This document shows positions 1 to 13,149 of a DNA stretch of 64,000 bases, piece by piece. Under the pieces are notes generated by a model. The model saw nothing but the letters and a program-made list of their open reading frames with translations, had not been told where the DNA came from and searched no databases. Both the position numbers and the translations under genes were made by a program. The DNA lies in assembly GCA_012295275.1 (NCBI GenBank), contig CM022671.1, positions 32,550,001-32,614,000 of the forward strand, written 5' to 3'. This stretch comes from Chrysomallon squamiferum (Eukaryota; Animalia; Mollusca). Positions within the stretch are counted from its first letter, which is position 1. Each line of letters opens with the position of its first letter.

Positions 1-384
1 GAAAAGTTTACAAGTAATTGCATACTGTTATGTTCTGACAAATACTTCCAAAATAATCTTAATAAAAAATGTAAATTTAATTTGTATAATATGATAGCAT
101 TTGGAAAGAATGCAGATAACATATTTAACTGTATTTTCCAACTAAATATTAAAAATTAACATTACGAAGAAATTTAAAAGTAATTTGTCTAATATAGATG
201 CTAAAAAAATGTATGGGAATTTGTTTTAAATTTGAAATCTGTATTATGTTATATTTAAATTGAACATAACAAAATAACTTTAATAAAGAATTTAAACATA
301 ATTCATATAATAAAATACTCTAGATGAACGTAATATGTGGACTGAAATTTTTAAAATTATGTTTTGATGTGTATTATATTGCAG

Positions 385-2852
385 TCAAATACCAAGGTTT
401 TGACACTGAATCTTCAGGACAACTGGCTGGGCACTGAAGGAGGACTGGCTGCTTGTGAAATGCTCAAAGACAACTGTTTCATCACTGATCTGGTGAATTT
501 TAATACTTGAACTCTCTGGTGTTTTTTATCTCAGCTGTTAATAAAATAAGTACAATAGTGGTAAACTGATCAGTGCTGAAATGTTAGAAAAATAAATCGT
601 TATTTGATTTTTATCAGATGTATTTGAAAAAAAAAAAAACATTCCCTTTATATATCTGTTATATTTTGGCAAAATGACATCAGTAACTGACAAATGTCAC
701 ATTTGGGGATTAGGTATTATCATTGTTATGTTGTTTTTCATTTCTTAGAAATTAGTTGGGGTTTTTTAAGGTAGAAAATTATTGTTATTTTTTAAATTTA
801 TTATAGTTTTATTAGATATTTCCAATCAAGGTACTATTTTTGTTTATTTATTTATCTATCTATTATTATTATTATTATTATTAATAGTAGTAGTAGTAGT
901 AGTAGTAGTAATATTTTAGCTTTTATTTATTAACTTTTTAAAACTATTTTGTTATTATATATTTTTCTCTATTAGAGTATCACTGAACATACATTTACTG
1001 AATACTTCTTTGTTTTGTCAAGGATCTGTCAGACAACAGACTGGGAATTGAAGTTGCTGAAGCATTTTGTCACATAATTACCCACAACGACACCTTACAA
1101 AGAGTCACACTTGCAGGTTAGTACATTCGACCTTTCATACAGTCATCCCTCCATCCATCCATCCATCCATCCATCCATCTAAAATTACCTTAGACCAAAA
1201 CATTATTATTTGTATGGAGATACATTTACAGACAGGTAGATATACATATAGAGAGAGATGGATGGATGAATATATAACATAAATTTTATAGGTTTATTAA
1301 TTATTATTTTTGGTTAATTTTCAGGTAAAAATACAAAATATGAAAAACATTCAGGCAAAAACAAGGATCTAATTGTATTCAAAAATTAAGTAATGTTATG
1401 ATTTGTTTTTATTTTTATGTTAGTCGAAACAAACAAAAAGATGATACAGAAATTTTCTTCTAATTATAGGAAATGAATTTGATGATAAAGCAGCAGTGTT
1501 CTTTGCAGATGCTTTGTTAGTAAGTTGACTGAGATCAGCAGTTTGATAATGTGCTTAAAGAAAATAAAATTCAATACTTTAAAAGTGTAACCAGACGCTG
1601 GTTTTAATTAATCATCAAAGCTGCATTTGTCAGTGTAAATAATAGGAAGGTTTCAGTACAACGAGAAAAACATTAATGTCAATCCACAAGATATAATCTA
1701 TATTTTAAAGCATGACACAATAGTATCAAATTGCTGATCTTATTTTTTTAATGTATTTTTAACTGAAACGGAATTTGTTTGTTTTGAGTCAAGAAAGTTT
1801 AATGTGTGCATAATATGGTATTAACAACTAGTATAAATTCCTTTTAGATCTTTCCACATAAAGCCTTGAAACAAAAATCAAAATATTTTAATTTTTTTAA
1901 AATAAAATCAACCTTTCCTAATGATGAAGTGTATGACATAAGCATCTCATTGTGGATATTGTTATAACAGCCCTGCAAAGAAGAAGGAATGAATGGTGGT
2001 ATTTCTCCCTTTGTTGTTCTGTGGGAAAACTGTAAATACATCTGAGAGATTGATAGAAACTGTAACCTAATGATTAATCTGTGACAATATATTTATCTTT
2101 TTTTATAATAAAAAAGCATGAGATAAGATCTCTGAGGCTCACATAAACAGATTAGAAAAACCTTATAATTAGAACGTTGGCAGTAATCAATCATGTTTTA
2201 TACTATGACAGGAATAACATTTGATTAAACATTTTATATAACAGCTAAGACTTTTTAATTCAAAACTTTTTAGTGATCAGACTTGCATAGCTATAGTTAT
2301 AATGTTCATTGCTATGTAGCAGAACATTCAGAGACTGATTTCCCAGAAAACAAAAGTTTTCAGAAATATTTTGGAATTATTTGGCATATTGACATGTTTA
2401 TGGTGTACTGTGAAAGAATAATTAATTATTTTAACAAGTTGCAAAATAAAAAATATACATATATAAATTAATAAATAATAATAATAATAATAATTAAAAC
2501 AAAGTAAAATGAATTTATTTTTGAATAGAATAATATCTAATCATTTGAAAGGAACTGATGATCTGTAGTAACAGTAAAAATAATTTAATATTTAATATTT
2601 ATTTTTTATTTTCCTCTCTGCAGACCACAAAATTGGAATATCTAAATCTGAGTCACAATCACTTTGGTGAAGCGGCTGGGATTGTCTTAGGACCAGCAAT
2701 CTCTGAAAATCTCACACTCAAAGAATTGGACATTAGCTGGAACCATCTACGCAGGAAAGGTGCCATAGCTGTTGCCATGGGAATCAAGGTACAAATCCTG
2801 CTGAGTTAATTAGACGTGATATAGCTAATGTTTACAAAATAGTTAGTATACA

Positions 2853-2885
<33 letters not shown>

Positions 2886-5800
2886 GTGGTGGTGATGGTG
2901 ATGATGATGATGATGATGATGATAATGATAATTATAATAATAGTAATGATAATAAATGATAGTGTTCAGAAAGATGTAGCAGTTAATTTGTTTTCATTAC
3001 TGTATTGACTTTTGGCCTAAAAACTTGATTTTCTGTTTTTATTTTATGGAAAGGTGGATATATATATATAAAAGGCTGTTCACAGGTAATTACAAAGTCA
3101 GTGCCACATTTTGATTCAACACATACTTCCCACTGCCAGCTGTTTTGGGGAAAATTGCCTATTTTTATGCCTATATTCAAAAAAATATTAAATAATATGC
3201 AAATAAGACACTGATTCATTATCTAGCATGTCGAGATAGGGTTAAGTGACACCAGCAAGTTTTTCCTTTCAGACACTTAATAACTTAATATTAAAATATG
3301 TAGTGAAACAAATATTTCCTTGTTGTAGACAAATGTGTTCATGAAGAAAGTGAACCTGTCGTGGAATGGGTTTGGTCTGGAAGGAGCAATAGGAATCGCA
3401 GATGCTCTGAGAGGAAACTCAGTTCTCGAGGAGCTGGATATCACGTAACTTTTTTTTAAAATTTAAAATGTTTACACTCTGTTGTGTTTCTAAGTTACAG
3501 TCAGACCTCTTTTTAATGTACCCCAGGATAATGCCATCCATGTTTATTAACCCAAAATTGCTTGAGCAGCCATTGTCTGTGTTTAAATATAAATAAATTT
3601 ACCTCATTTTACTATTCTCCAGCTATCAGCTATCTGTTAAAAAGTTATAAAATTATTCATTAAACTAACAACAGCTGAACTTGCACATGTTGCAAAATGT
3701 GGTGCACAAAGTAAAACTCTTTGTACATTCCAACTCACTGTTATGCATCAATGCCTGTGTTATAAAGAGGTTTGACAATAAATCTTGATTTCACATAGTA
3801 TATGTAAACTGAACAGGGAAAAACATCAATGATATAAATAAATCTGCATTAAAATTTGTTAAGAAAAATTACCACATAATTACTGCAATAGATAAAATCA
3901 TTGTTAAAGTGTACCTATGGAGAGATGAAGAAATAGTCTAAATACATTCTGCTTTCTTCCAAGTTGTGTTTTATTTGTCTTTTGCCATTTAATTTGATTT
4001 AATAATGAACTAAAACAAAAAAAAAGAGAGTAGAGCTTCAGATATATCTGGCTGCCATGTTTCTGTTGTCATAACACTGTCAGGTACAGGACAGATATGT
4101 TTGCTCTAAAGCTTCTTCTAGCAGTCAGTCAGTCAGATGTACATCACAAATCCAGTTGTAAAGAGATGAAATGGCAGCATTCATGTGTTCTGAACAACAT
4201 TATTTTATTATTACAATTTGTTACAAGTGATAATAGGTCACACACAACAATAACTTGGAAGTATAAAGAATTTTATTAGACCATTTAGTCACCCTGCCAC
4301 AGGTACACTTTAAAATAGATTTCACTGAATTTAGCATTTATAATTAATCATTACGACTAATTATAATCACTACTACTTAAATACTGAAAAACTAATTTAA
4401 TCATGTCCAGATTTTATTTAATTATGGGATAATAAAAATCGCTGAAAAGAAGAAAAAAAGAAAAATTAGCATTTTGGTTTTTAAATGATTGCATAAAATC
4501 TCACAATGAATAATTCTGATGTCAGTTACCAAGCTTGCTTTAAACCATTGTACTCTGTATTCTCAACTTGTGATTTTCAAGAAATAACCGCATCACCACG
4601 GAAGGTGCTGTTCTGATTGGAAAAGGTTTGTCGTCTAATGAAACGCTGCAGGTGTTGAAGATGGGGAAGAACCCCATGCAGACTGGTGGGTGCTGGGCAA
4701 TCTGTCAGGCAATACTTCGCAATCCTGGCTGTGTCATCAGACAGCTAGACTTCTCTGTGAGTAATTTTACATCAGTTTAATTACAAGTCCATGAACTACA
4801 GCAGTACACTGTCTGTATTAGAATTACAACAAAAAACCAGTATGAAATTCCTATTTAATATTTAATACAGGTACACATACCATTTTCCAGAATCCTTGGT
4901 TTCAAAGTCTTTTCAGATTGTCACTGTTTCCAAACCAAAATGTGTTAAATAATAATAATTCAAGAAGACATATTTGTACTAGTAAATTATATACCTCCCA
5001 AGCACTGGTAGAAACAACTAATAATAAACATAAATTTAATGATTAAATGAAATGTATTTATTACTATAAATGTTACAATATTTCTTTTAATTAAACATAT
5101 ATTTTACATAAGATATATCACAGATTCTCATCTTGAGCTGTAACACCCAGTTCAGTTATTGTATATGGTATATATTTATAAATGCTTATAACATCAATGT
5201 CAGCTGTGTTTGTCCATGAATGGTGTAAATTTCAACCTACAGGATGACAACCTTCAAAATGAGGCACTGAAAAAAAAAAAAAAAAAACAAGGTTAAGAAC
5301 CATTAATATATATTAATCATATATTTTTATCCCTCCAGGATATTCTTGTAAATAATGACTTCAACGAAATCTTCCGTAAGGTTCAGGAGCAAATCCCTGA
5401 CATTAAGATGGTACACGGAGGCATGGAGCCTCCACTCAAACCCAAGGTCAGGGTCCATCCAATGGTCAAACTGGTCACTTACATTGAGAAGAACAACTTG
5501 AGACTGGTGGACTTCTTCAATAAGTTTGACAAGGACAAGAGTATGAGTGTCACTCACGATGAGTTCAAAGAAGGCATTCAAGTATGTTGTTGTTTTCAAG
5601 TTAGCGTAATGTGTAGAATATTTTAGACATTTGTAGTAAAATATGTCTTCAAAAGTTGTAGAACAATAACAGTTCTAAATAACAGTCTAAATGTAGTGTA
5701 TTATAATATTTATTTATTTAGAGAGTGCAAAAAACAAACATTTTTTAAAAATATTGTAGATGAAAGATGAAGAATTTTGTTATTATTATATATTAATTAA

Positions 5801-5920
5801 TTAATAGTTTATTAATTTACCTGTATACTTATTTATTTTAATTTATTATTGATGTTAATTTTATTTTATTTTATTTTATTTTATTTTATTTTATTTTATT
5901 ATATTATATTTTATTTTATT

Positions 5921-5959
<39 letters not shown>

Positions 5960-8233
5960 TTGTTTTAAATTCAAACATATAACAAAGTTAAGTTGTAGCA
6001 GTAATTATAAAAATTCATCGTAACTGCTTTCTTTTTGTAGATTCAAACTTCTGATTTTTATTTTGTCTTATAGATTTAAACTAATGCAGATAATGCTTTT
6101 TTTTTGGCAATTAATATTGGTCGAGATTAATTTATGAGTTTATTAATTAACTGCATATTGCATTGCTAACTTGTCAGTGTCTGTTGTTTCAGATACATTC
6201 ATTCCACTAATAAATGCATGTATTTAATTTATATTTAATATTTTTCTTTCTCTTTTTTTCTTCTTTTCTTTCACTTAGTTTATTCGGAAGGTAATGTTGA
6301 TTGGGTGTGTTGTTTGTGCACTTTCTTTGTTCAGCCCTAAAACTTCTCAAACCAGAATCCTAAATTAATATTTTATTCATTCAGTTTCATGTGAGAAAAT
6401 CTTATCTCAAAATGAGGCTGTGAGTTATTGCTCACATTAACTGTAAGAGAAAGAAATACAATTTTTATAATGATATCTTGAATGATAAAACTTTCAGTAT
6501 TTTGTGTTTTTAATTTACCATAACAAAACTTTTAACAAATAAAAAAAATTGAAACAGTATAAATATTTATTTATTTATTTTGTTTATTTGTTTGTTTGTT
6601 TACTGTCCAGAGACATTAATACAAGTTTGAGAAGTTAATTATCTGTGTTGCACGATGTTTTGCTGTTGTTTTGTGTGGGGTTCCTGCTGCTGTGTTTGGC
6701 TTTTAAATATAATTTTGCCAGTGTGTTATTAAAAACAAGTGCTATGTTTTGTGCTTATTTCACACTGCTTGGTCACCATTTTAAGTTATTACATTATTCT
6801 GAGCAATGTATAAAGAAACTTTTATTATTTATTTATTTATTTATTTATTTTTTTTTTTTGCTATTTTTAAAAAAATACTTAATAATCAGGCATGTTTAAA
6901 AAAATAAAAATAAAAAAAAATAAAAAATGGATACATAAGAATACATATCACGACAAACAAACACACAAAGTAATATGTATATTATTTATGTTATTTGCAT
7001 CTGACCAAGAGCATCATGGGAAGCATTGTATTTTCTGTTTTGCTTATGATATTATTTACAGTTTTATATTTGCTTATCCCTTTAGCAGCTAGTAAGCATA
7101 TTTATTTATTTATTATTGTTATATTTAAAAAAATAATAATTTAATATTTATTTATTATTATTATTTTTTTAAACTATTTTAATTTAGTTAAATTTCAGTT
7201 TTTTCATACTATTTAAAAATTTATAACATAATTTATTCCCAGTTTGTAAAAATAATGTTTTTCTTTGTTTAGATAGCATAATTCAAAAATGTATATAAAA
7301 ATAACCTTGTTTTATCATTGAATTTTTAGTTTTGTTATTGTTATTATTAATATTTTGCTATATTAATATTGGTATTAATGTTGTCATTGTCATCATCATT
7401 ACTCTATCAATTACTTAATGTTTTTGTTAATGTTGTTATCATCATCATCATCAACATCATCATTATTATGTTATTGTTATTATTTTACTATATAATGTTG
7501 GTATTAATGTTGTCATTGTCATCATCATTACTATATCAATTACTATTATCATCATCATAATCATCATCATTTTTATCTTTATCATTATTACTGTTATTAT
7601 TATTATTAATACTCTGCTACTACTAATAGTACTTCTACTATATGAAATTGGCTTAAGACATATACAAGCATTTTTTTTATATAAAACTATATATCAGTGA
7701 CCATCTGACATATTTACTTTTCTCTAATTTAATCATATTTAATTAATTAATTTGTCAGGAAACAGGAATTCTTCTTAATGACGACGAGATTAATCAACTG
7801 ATTATGGAACTTGATCGAGACGGAGATGGAGAGATTAATTACAGGTGAGAAACATTGTGACAGGTGTGTAAGAAGACTGAACATTCTGACAGACAGACAG
7901 ACAGACAGACTGACAGTTCATTAAAATATCCTTTCATTACTTTTGAATTTTTATCAAAATCTGCAGTGTAAATGTCAAAACAGATCGATGAATATGTAAA
8001 AGAAAGTATGTGTGAAAAGCAGAGAAGATTGCTGAAGTGTGAAAATATATAAATGAATTTAACAAACAAATATTTAATAAAATAATGTGTGTAAATATGT
8101 TTTTTTTAAAGGTAATAACAAATAATTTATACTTTATTTTTTTAGTGAAATGGTCATTGGTCATACAGATTTCAAAGAACAGGAGAGAAAGATTTCATCC
8201 ACATTACATGCACTACGACCTATGACATCATAA
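385..8233 (+). CDS. LRRC74: LRRC74A/B-like leucine-rich repeat protein with C-terminal EF-hand pair (5'-truncated by window edge)
   Basis: GT-AG exons in continuous frame: 385-492, 1023-1116, 1470-1519, 2624-2788, 3329-3444, 4582-4756, 5339-5581, 7759-7844, 8146-8233(TAA). RI-like LRRs (LNLQDNWLG, DLSDNRLG, LNLSHNHFG, LDISWNHLR, VNLSWNGFG, LDITNNRIT, LKMGKNPM), then HPMVKLVTYIEKNNLRLVDFFNKFDKDKSMSVTHDEF and ELDRDGDGEINYSE. This matches the LRRC74 architecture. A versus B cannot be resolved by eye. Confidence 0.88.
3498..3778. mobile_element. MITE, Tc1/mariner/pogo-type non-autonomous element
   Basis: Imperfect TIRs CAGTCAGACCTCTTTTTAA ... TTATAAAGAGGTTTGACAA with TA on both sides (3496-3497, 3779-3780). 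No ORF. Confidence 0.6.
3908..4309. mobile_element. Non-autonomous DNA transposon with TTAA target duplication (Kolobok-like, AG...CT termini)
   Basis: TTAA|AGTGTACCTATGG ... CCACAGGTACACT|TTAA, i.e. 12/13 inverted-repeat match. A similar left end (TTAAAGTCTACCTGTGG) occurs at ~50670. Confidence 0.65.
5865..5961. repeat. (TTTTA)n/(TTTA)n microsatellite, representative of many in the window
   Basis: Direct reading. Others include (AAT)n at 13069-13109, 18100-18150 and 58792-58855; (AG)n at 17316-17357 and 63312-63362; (AC)n at 37919-37969; (AT)n at 29501-29537 and 39006-39047. Confidence 0.95.
7369..7560. repeat. Local direct duplication within ATC/ATT low-complexity tract
   Basis: TTGGTATTAATGTTGTCATTGTCATCATCATTACT occurs at ~7369 and ~7498. 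Confidence 0.7.
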
Positions 8234-11200
8234 AAATAACAGTTTACATATCACCAAAAACATCTACAAGTGCTATTTCTGATGTCCTCAATTACAGAGA
8301 GCCCAGAGTTTGGAAAGGACATAAGAAATTAGTGTCAAAATAATCTTCTATACTTTCAGCTAAAATTCATATGGTCAGTTTTGTGAAGAAAAAAATTGAA
8401 AAATATATATATATATATATAGGCTCCGTCAGTTGCCTAACCTGTAGAGAAACTAATGATTTAAAATTGTCATCATGAAAACAAAAGAGGAAAAGAACTG
8501 TTAATGATTTATTCAAGCTCAGAATCCAGTTTGGATCTTGGTAATATAAAACTAGATCAAGACTTGGTTAATGATAATTTATGATTCACATCTTCAGTTG
8601 GACACTGATTTTTATTCAGATATTTCACAGTCTTCTTAATAGAGGGTTAAATTTGTCTTTGCTGTGTTAGCAGAAAGTTTACATGCATATCCTGTGCATT
8701 AAAAAAAACTAAGAAGGATTTAAATTGACACAAAAATTATAAAACGTTATGTTATGATAATCTTTTACTTTCAATTAATATAAATCATTTCTTTATTTTA
8801 AAATATATTTTTTCACCATCCAGCTGCCAAATCTGATACTTTTAAATGATGCTGAAAGTATTTAATTGCCAAAGACAAATTCCCAAAGTCTGAATGTAAA
8901 ACCCAAAGTTGAGATTGAATTGTGCCTTTCAGTTTACTAATGTTCATTTATTTGTATATATTGTATAATGATGAATTAAACTTTCAAAAAAAAAAAAAAT
9001 AATAATGAACAAAAACCATGTATAAATTTATTTTTATCATCTTAACAAGATTGTGAACTTTAAATAAATGTAATTTCATTATTGGAAACTAAAATGAAGT
9101 CATTTATTTTTTGTATCTGCTCCAGATGTTACAGTTAGTGATCATAGTTTTATATTGTGTGACAGTTTAAAAGAACCACATATACTCAAATATAAATGAG
9201 TTTGTTACTGTTTTTCCTGTAGATTTAAGTTTTGCTGCTTAAAGTTAACTAACAGATAGTGATGTCTGGCATGTTACTTAATTTTTCACATATATTCAGA
9301 TTTGAATGCAGTGTGTTCTATAACTCATGTTAATTATTATTGACATATGTATGTGTGTGTATGTGTATGTGTATATATGTATATATATACATGTATATTT
9401 TACTACGCAATGCACAAATTGAAGCAATAGATTCTCCTTACTCATTATGCCTGTGAATTAAAGCATTTTTGTTGTTGTTTTTCTACTGAATATATTTGTT
9501 AGTGCTATTGTATATTGCTGGTTTTCTTACAGTTTGTAAAATATATCCTTAATGGCAGCCTTTTTATTTTATATTTCTCGTTTGCAAAAAAAATAAAAAA
9601 AAAATAAAAAAAACTAACATAAAAAAAAAATAAAATAAAATAAAATTATTAATCAAAACAAAATATAATATTAAATTATACTCTGCTTTCAGAATATAAA
9701 AATTGAAATTGAATTATTTCAGTTAATATTATATTTTCACATAATGAAAACCCTGTTTCTGCTCTGTACCATACATATATCTATTATTTTATTTTCTTGC
9801 AATAATTCATTTATACAAGTATTGTTTTGAATTGTTGATAAACACTTTTTTTGATAGATGTTTTAGTAACTAGGTGATTATTATTGTGATATATAACTAA
9901 GGTGGAAGGAATTTCACTAAATCATACATTTATATTATTTGTGATGTTGCCAAATGGGAATCAATATGGCTGTGTTGCACTGCATTGTGGGACAGGTCAC
10001 GCAAACCAGTGACAGTAAAACTATGCAATTACACATTTGGGATATCAGCTTTGAGTGTAATGATTTTGTTTCAAATTCAGTAGATTAGCAGTGAAAATTA
10101 AAATGATCGGACTCAGTATTAGGTGTGGAAAACAAACAAAAAATGATAAAAATAATAAATAAAAGAAAGAATGCAGTAATTAAAAAGTATGAGATTATAC
10201 TTAAGGTTTTTATGGGAGAATTCACTTTTATATCTTGTTAAATTTTTTTTAGATTATATCTGCATTTTTCACACTGGTTATTTCTGCATAACATCAGAAA
10301 AATATATATATTGATGTATTGCTGAAAATTGTGAACACATGAATTCATCTACTACTAAGTTAACAGTGCATAGAAATCTTCAAATGAAGGAATAAAATGT
10401 TTTTCTCTCTTGTTAATAAGTTAACAGTGCATAGAAATCTTCTCCAGGACAATGAGGCCATTAACATCTCATTTTGCAGTGTGAAAGTTTATAACATTTT
10501 AAGATTATTTCTGTCCATGTTTATCTTTCATACGCAAGTTAAACCTTCTCCCAAACTTCTGTGATATTATAAATACTAATTGATTTAATTTTTGGTTTGT
10601 TAATTTTTTAAATAATATTTTGTTATGTAGTGCAGAAATCTATGTGAAGCCAACAGTTATCTTTTTTGACCATCTTAATGTTTTAAGTAATATCCATGTA
10701 ATATAAATTATTGTAATTTTTGTGCAATTTTAATATTTTTTTCATTCCATAATAGATTGCTAGTGAAAATAATCTAGAAATATTTTGTGTGTATTATTCA
10801 TTAAATTGATTAAGATTTTTGATAAATGTTTTTAGTTATGTTCAAAAAGAAAATAATAACAGTGACTTTGTTTATCATTATTACCAAAATAAAAATGATT
10901 ATGGATTACATAATCAGTTGGAATACCAACTATATAAAACAGGTAATTAAAAAAAGGTATATAATTATTTCGTTTACGGTGGTTTCAAAAGATACTGTTT
11001 ATTTTTGAAAAAAAGGGAAATTCAGTGTCTGTGATATTTTGTAATATTAATGCGTATTAATTTTTTTTATTTATTTATTTATTTTTTTTTATATATATAT
11101 ACATACAAACATATTTCTATATTCTTTTTATTTACATATTTTTCATTTAACTTAAAAAAAAAAAAAAAAAAAAATTCTTTGGTTTTTATCAAGTAGTGCC

Positions 11201-12622
11201 TTGCTCAACGGTAAATAAATATATTTTTCTAATTTATAATGTTTTATAATATACTTTGGCAAGAAATAAATAAAACACTGAAAAGAGAAAACTTTTTAAA
11301 ATTTTAAAAAGAAAGATTTTTATTCTCAGCTGGTCAGATTGCTAAAACAACAATAGGAATGATTCAGCAGTCTTACTAATATGCATTATAATGAACTTTT
11401 CATGAATAGTCGTTAACAGATGTTACACATTCGTAATTAAATAAGAAGGTCTTATCTAAAAATTATGACATAGAACAGGATGATGTTTTATTGCCCATAT
11501 AAGAATTCGTTTTGTATCACAGTTAGCACTCGCAGAAAAAACTACACTTGACAATGGTAGGGGGTTAGTTTCGCTTACGTAAACCTCTGCACATACACAC
11601 ACACACGCAAATGTAAAAGAAACCTGAAGCATAAAACAATGTACATTGTAAGGAACGTTATTTATAAAAAGATCAGTTTACTCAATTGATGAATGAGTTC
11701 ATTAACTGCATATGAAATAACAGACAATAACTTATTTTCGATCATTTGGGACCAAAATGGATGACACAATATATGTATTATATTTCTTGAAAAAAAAAGT
11801 ATTCTCTGTTATGTTTATTTGTTCATTTGTTTTATAATTTATAAATTGCATATTTGTTTTGGTATAAATTTGCTAACTTTTCTTATTCAGACGTTCTAGT
11901 GAGGATAATAAAAACAATACTAATAAATGTATATGTAAAATATTTTGCCAAATATTTTTAAAAATGATGTATTGTTAAAGCCAGTATGTCTGAAAATGGT
12001 GGCAATACTGATGTACAATAGAACTCGTATTTTGTATTTATTAAAAATATTTTTTAAAATTGTTTTCATGTTTTGTTTCAACTCGTTTAAATTTAATTCA
12101 GGGACTTAAGGCATTTTAGTTGAATATTGTTTCTAACATTTAAAAGTTAAAATTTTGTTTTTTCTAGAGTGTTTCTGACATTTATTCATTCACTCATATA
12201 CGTTCATTCAATAAGGCACTTATATATGGGAATCATCGAAACACAAGAATTAAATTCTTCCATTAACTTACAAAAACAAGTGGATACATGAGCTAATGCT
12301 TCCTTCCTGGTGCACAACTTACGTTTCTACAGAAAATAGCGCCGGTGGTAAGCACTGAAACTGCGGTCATATCTAAATACCCATCTTTACCATAATACAC
12401 GGTAAAAAAAAAAAAAAACCATTCGAGTTTAACAGAAAGTTCTCAGCAGAACTGCCAAAACACACTGAATAAATGCCACTAACAGCCGTAAAACAGCTAT
12501 AAATCATTACAGTTTAACAGTGTATTTTTATTCTATTTCCATTTGAATATTTATACAGTCACGACAAGATTTACAAGCCTGTATTCAACATTGTAAAACA
12601 GTAATCTCAGTGTTAGCCGCTG

Positions 12623-12657
<35 letters not shown>

Positions 12658-12664
12658 CAAATTC

Positions 12665-12697
<33 letters not shown>

Positions 12698-13066
12698 GCC
12701 TTGTAATATTAATTTTACCAAGATTAACAAAATCATGATTACTTTTCAGAATTATATTTTATTTATTTATTTTTATTTTTGATGATATTTATTATCATCT
12801 TTACAATTTAATATTTTATTTTTTAATTAAATGTATTTATTATTATTTTCATATTTATTTCTTTTTTTTGCAAGTGATTTATCTAAACAGAAAAATAAAC
12901 CAACTATAACATAAATATTCTCAAAAGAGTTTAAAAAGAAATAAGAAGAAGTAAGAAAGAAAGAAAGAAAGAAAAATATCCTTACTGAATGTACACGTGG
13001 CTGTTCTTAAAATGCGTTTTATTACGATTTGTTAATAGATCGGGCTCAAGTGCTCTTTAATCACTT

Positions 13067-13110
<44 letters not shown>

Positions 13111-13149
13111 CCGTATCTTAACTATTGTACGTCCTGCATTTAATCAGCT

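Noticed and set aside
5243-5291. Extra LRRC74 exon (DDNLQNEALKKK...)
   Set aside because: It runs through a poly-A tract, would leave a 47-nt intron and would break phase and the domain.
12398-12620. CACGGTAAAAAA transposon-like left end bounding the DUF3987 gene
   Set aside because: No matching right end or target-site duplication found on the other side of the gene, so an enclosing element cannot be supported.
8234-13149. Hidden gene or structured RNA in the gap between LRRC74 and the DUF3987-like gene
   Set aside because: No exon-like segments with consistent frame and no recognisable tRNA, rRNA or snRNA. Probably 3' UTRs and decayed repeats.
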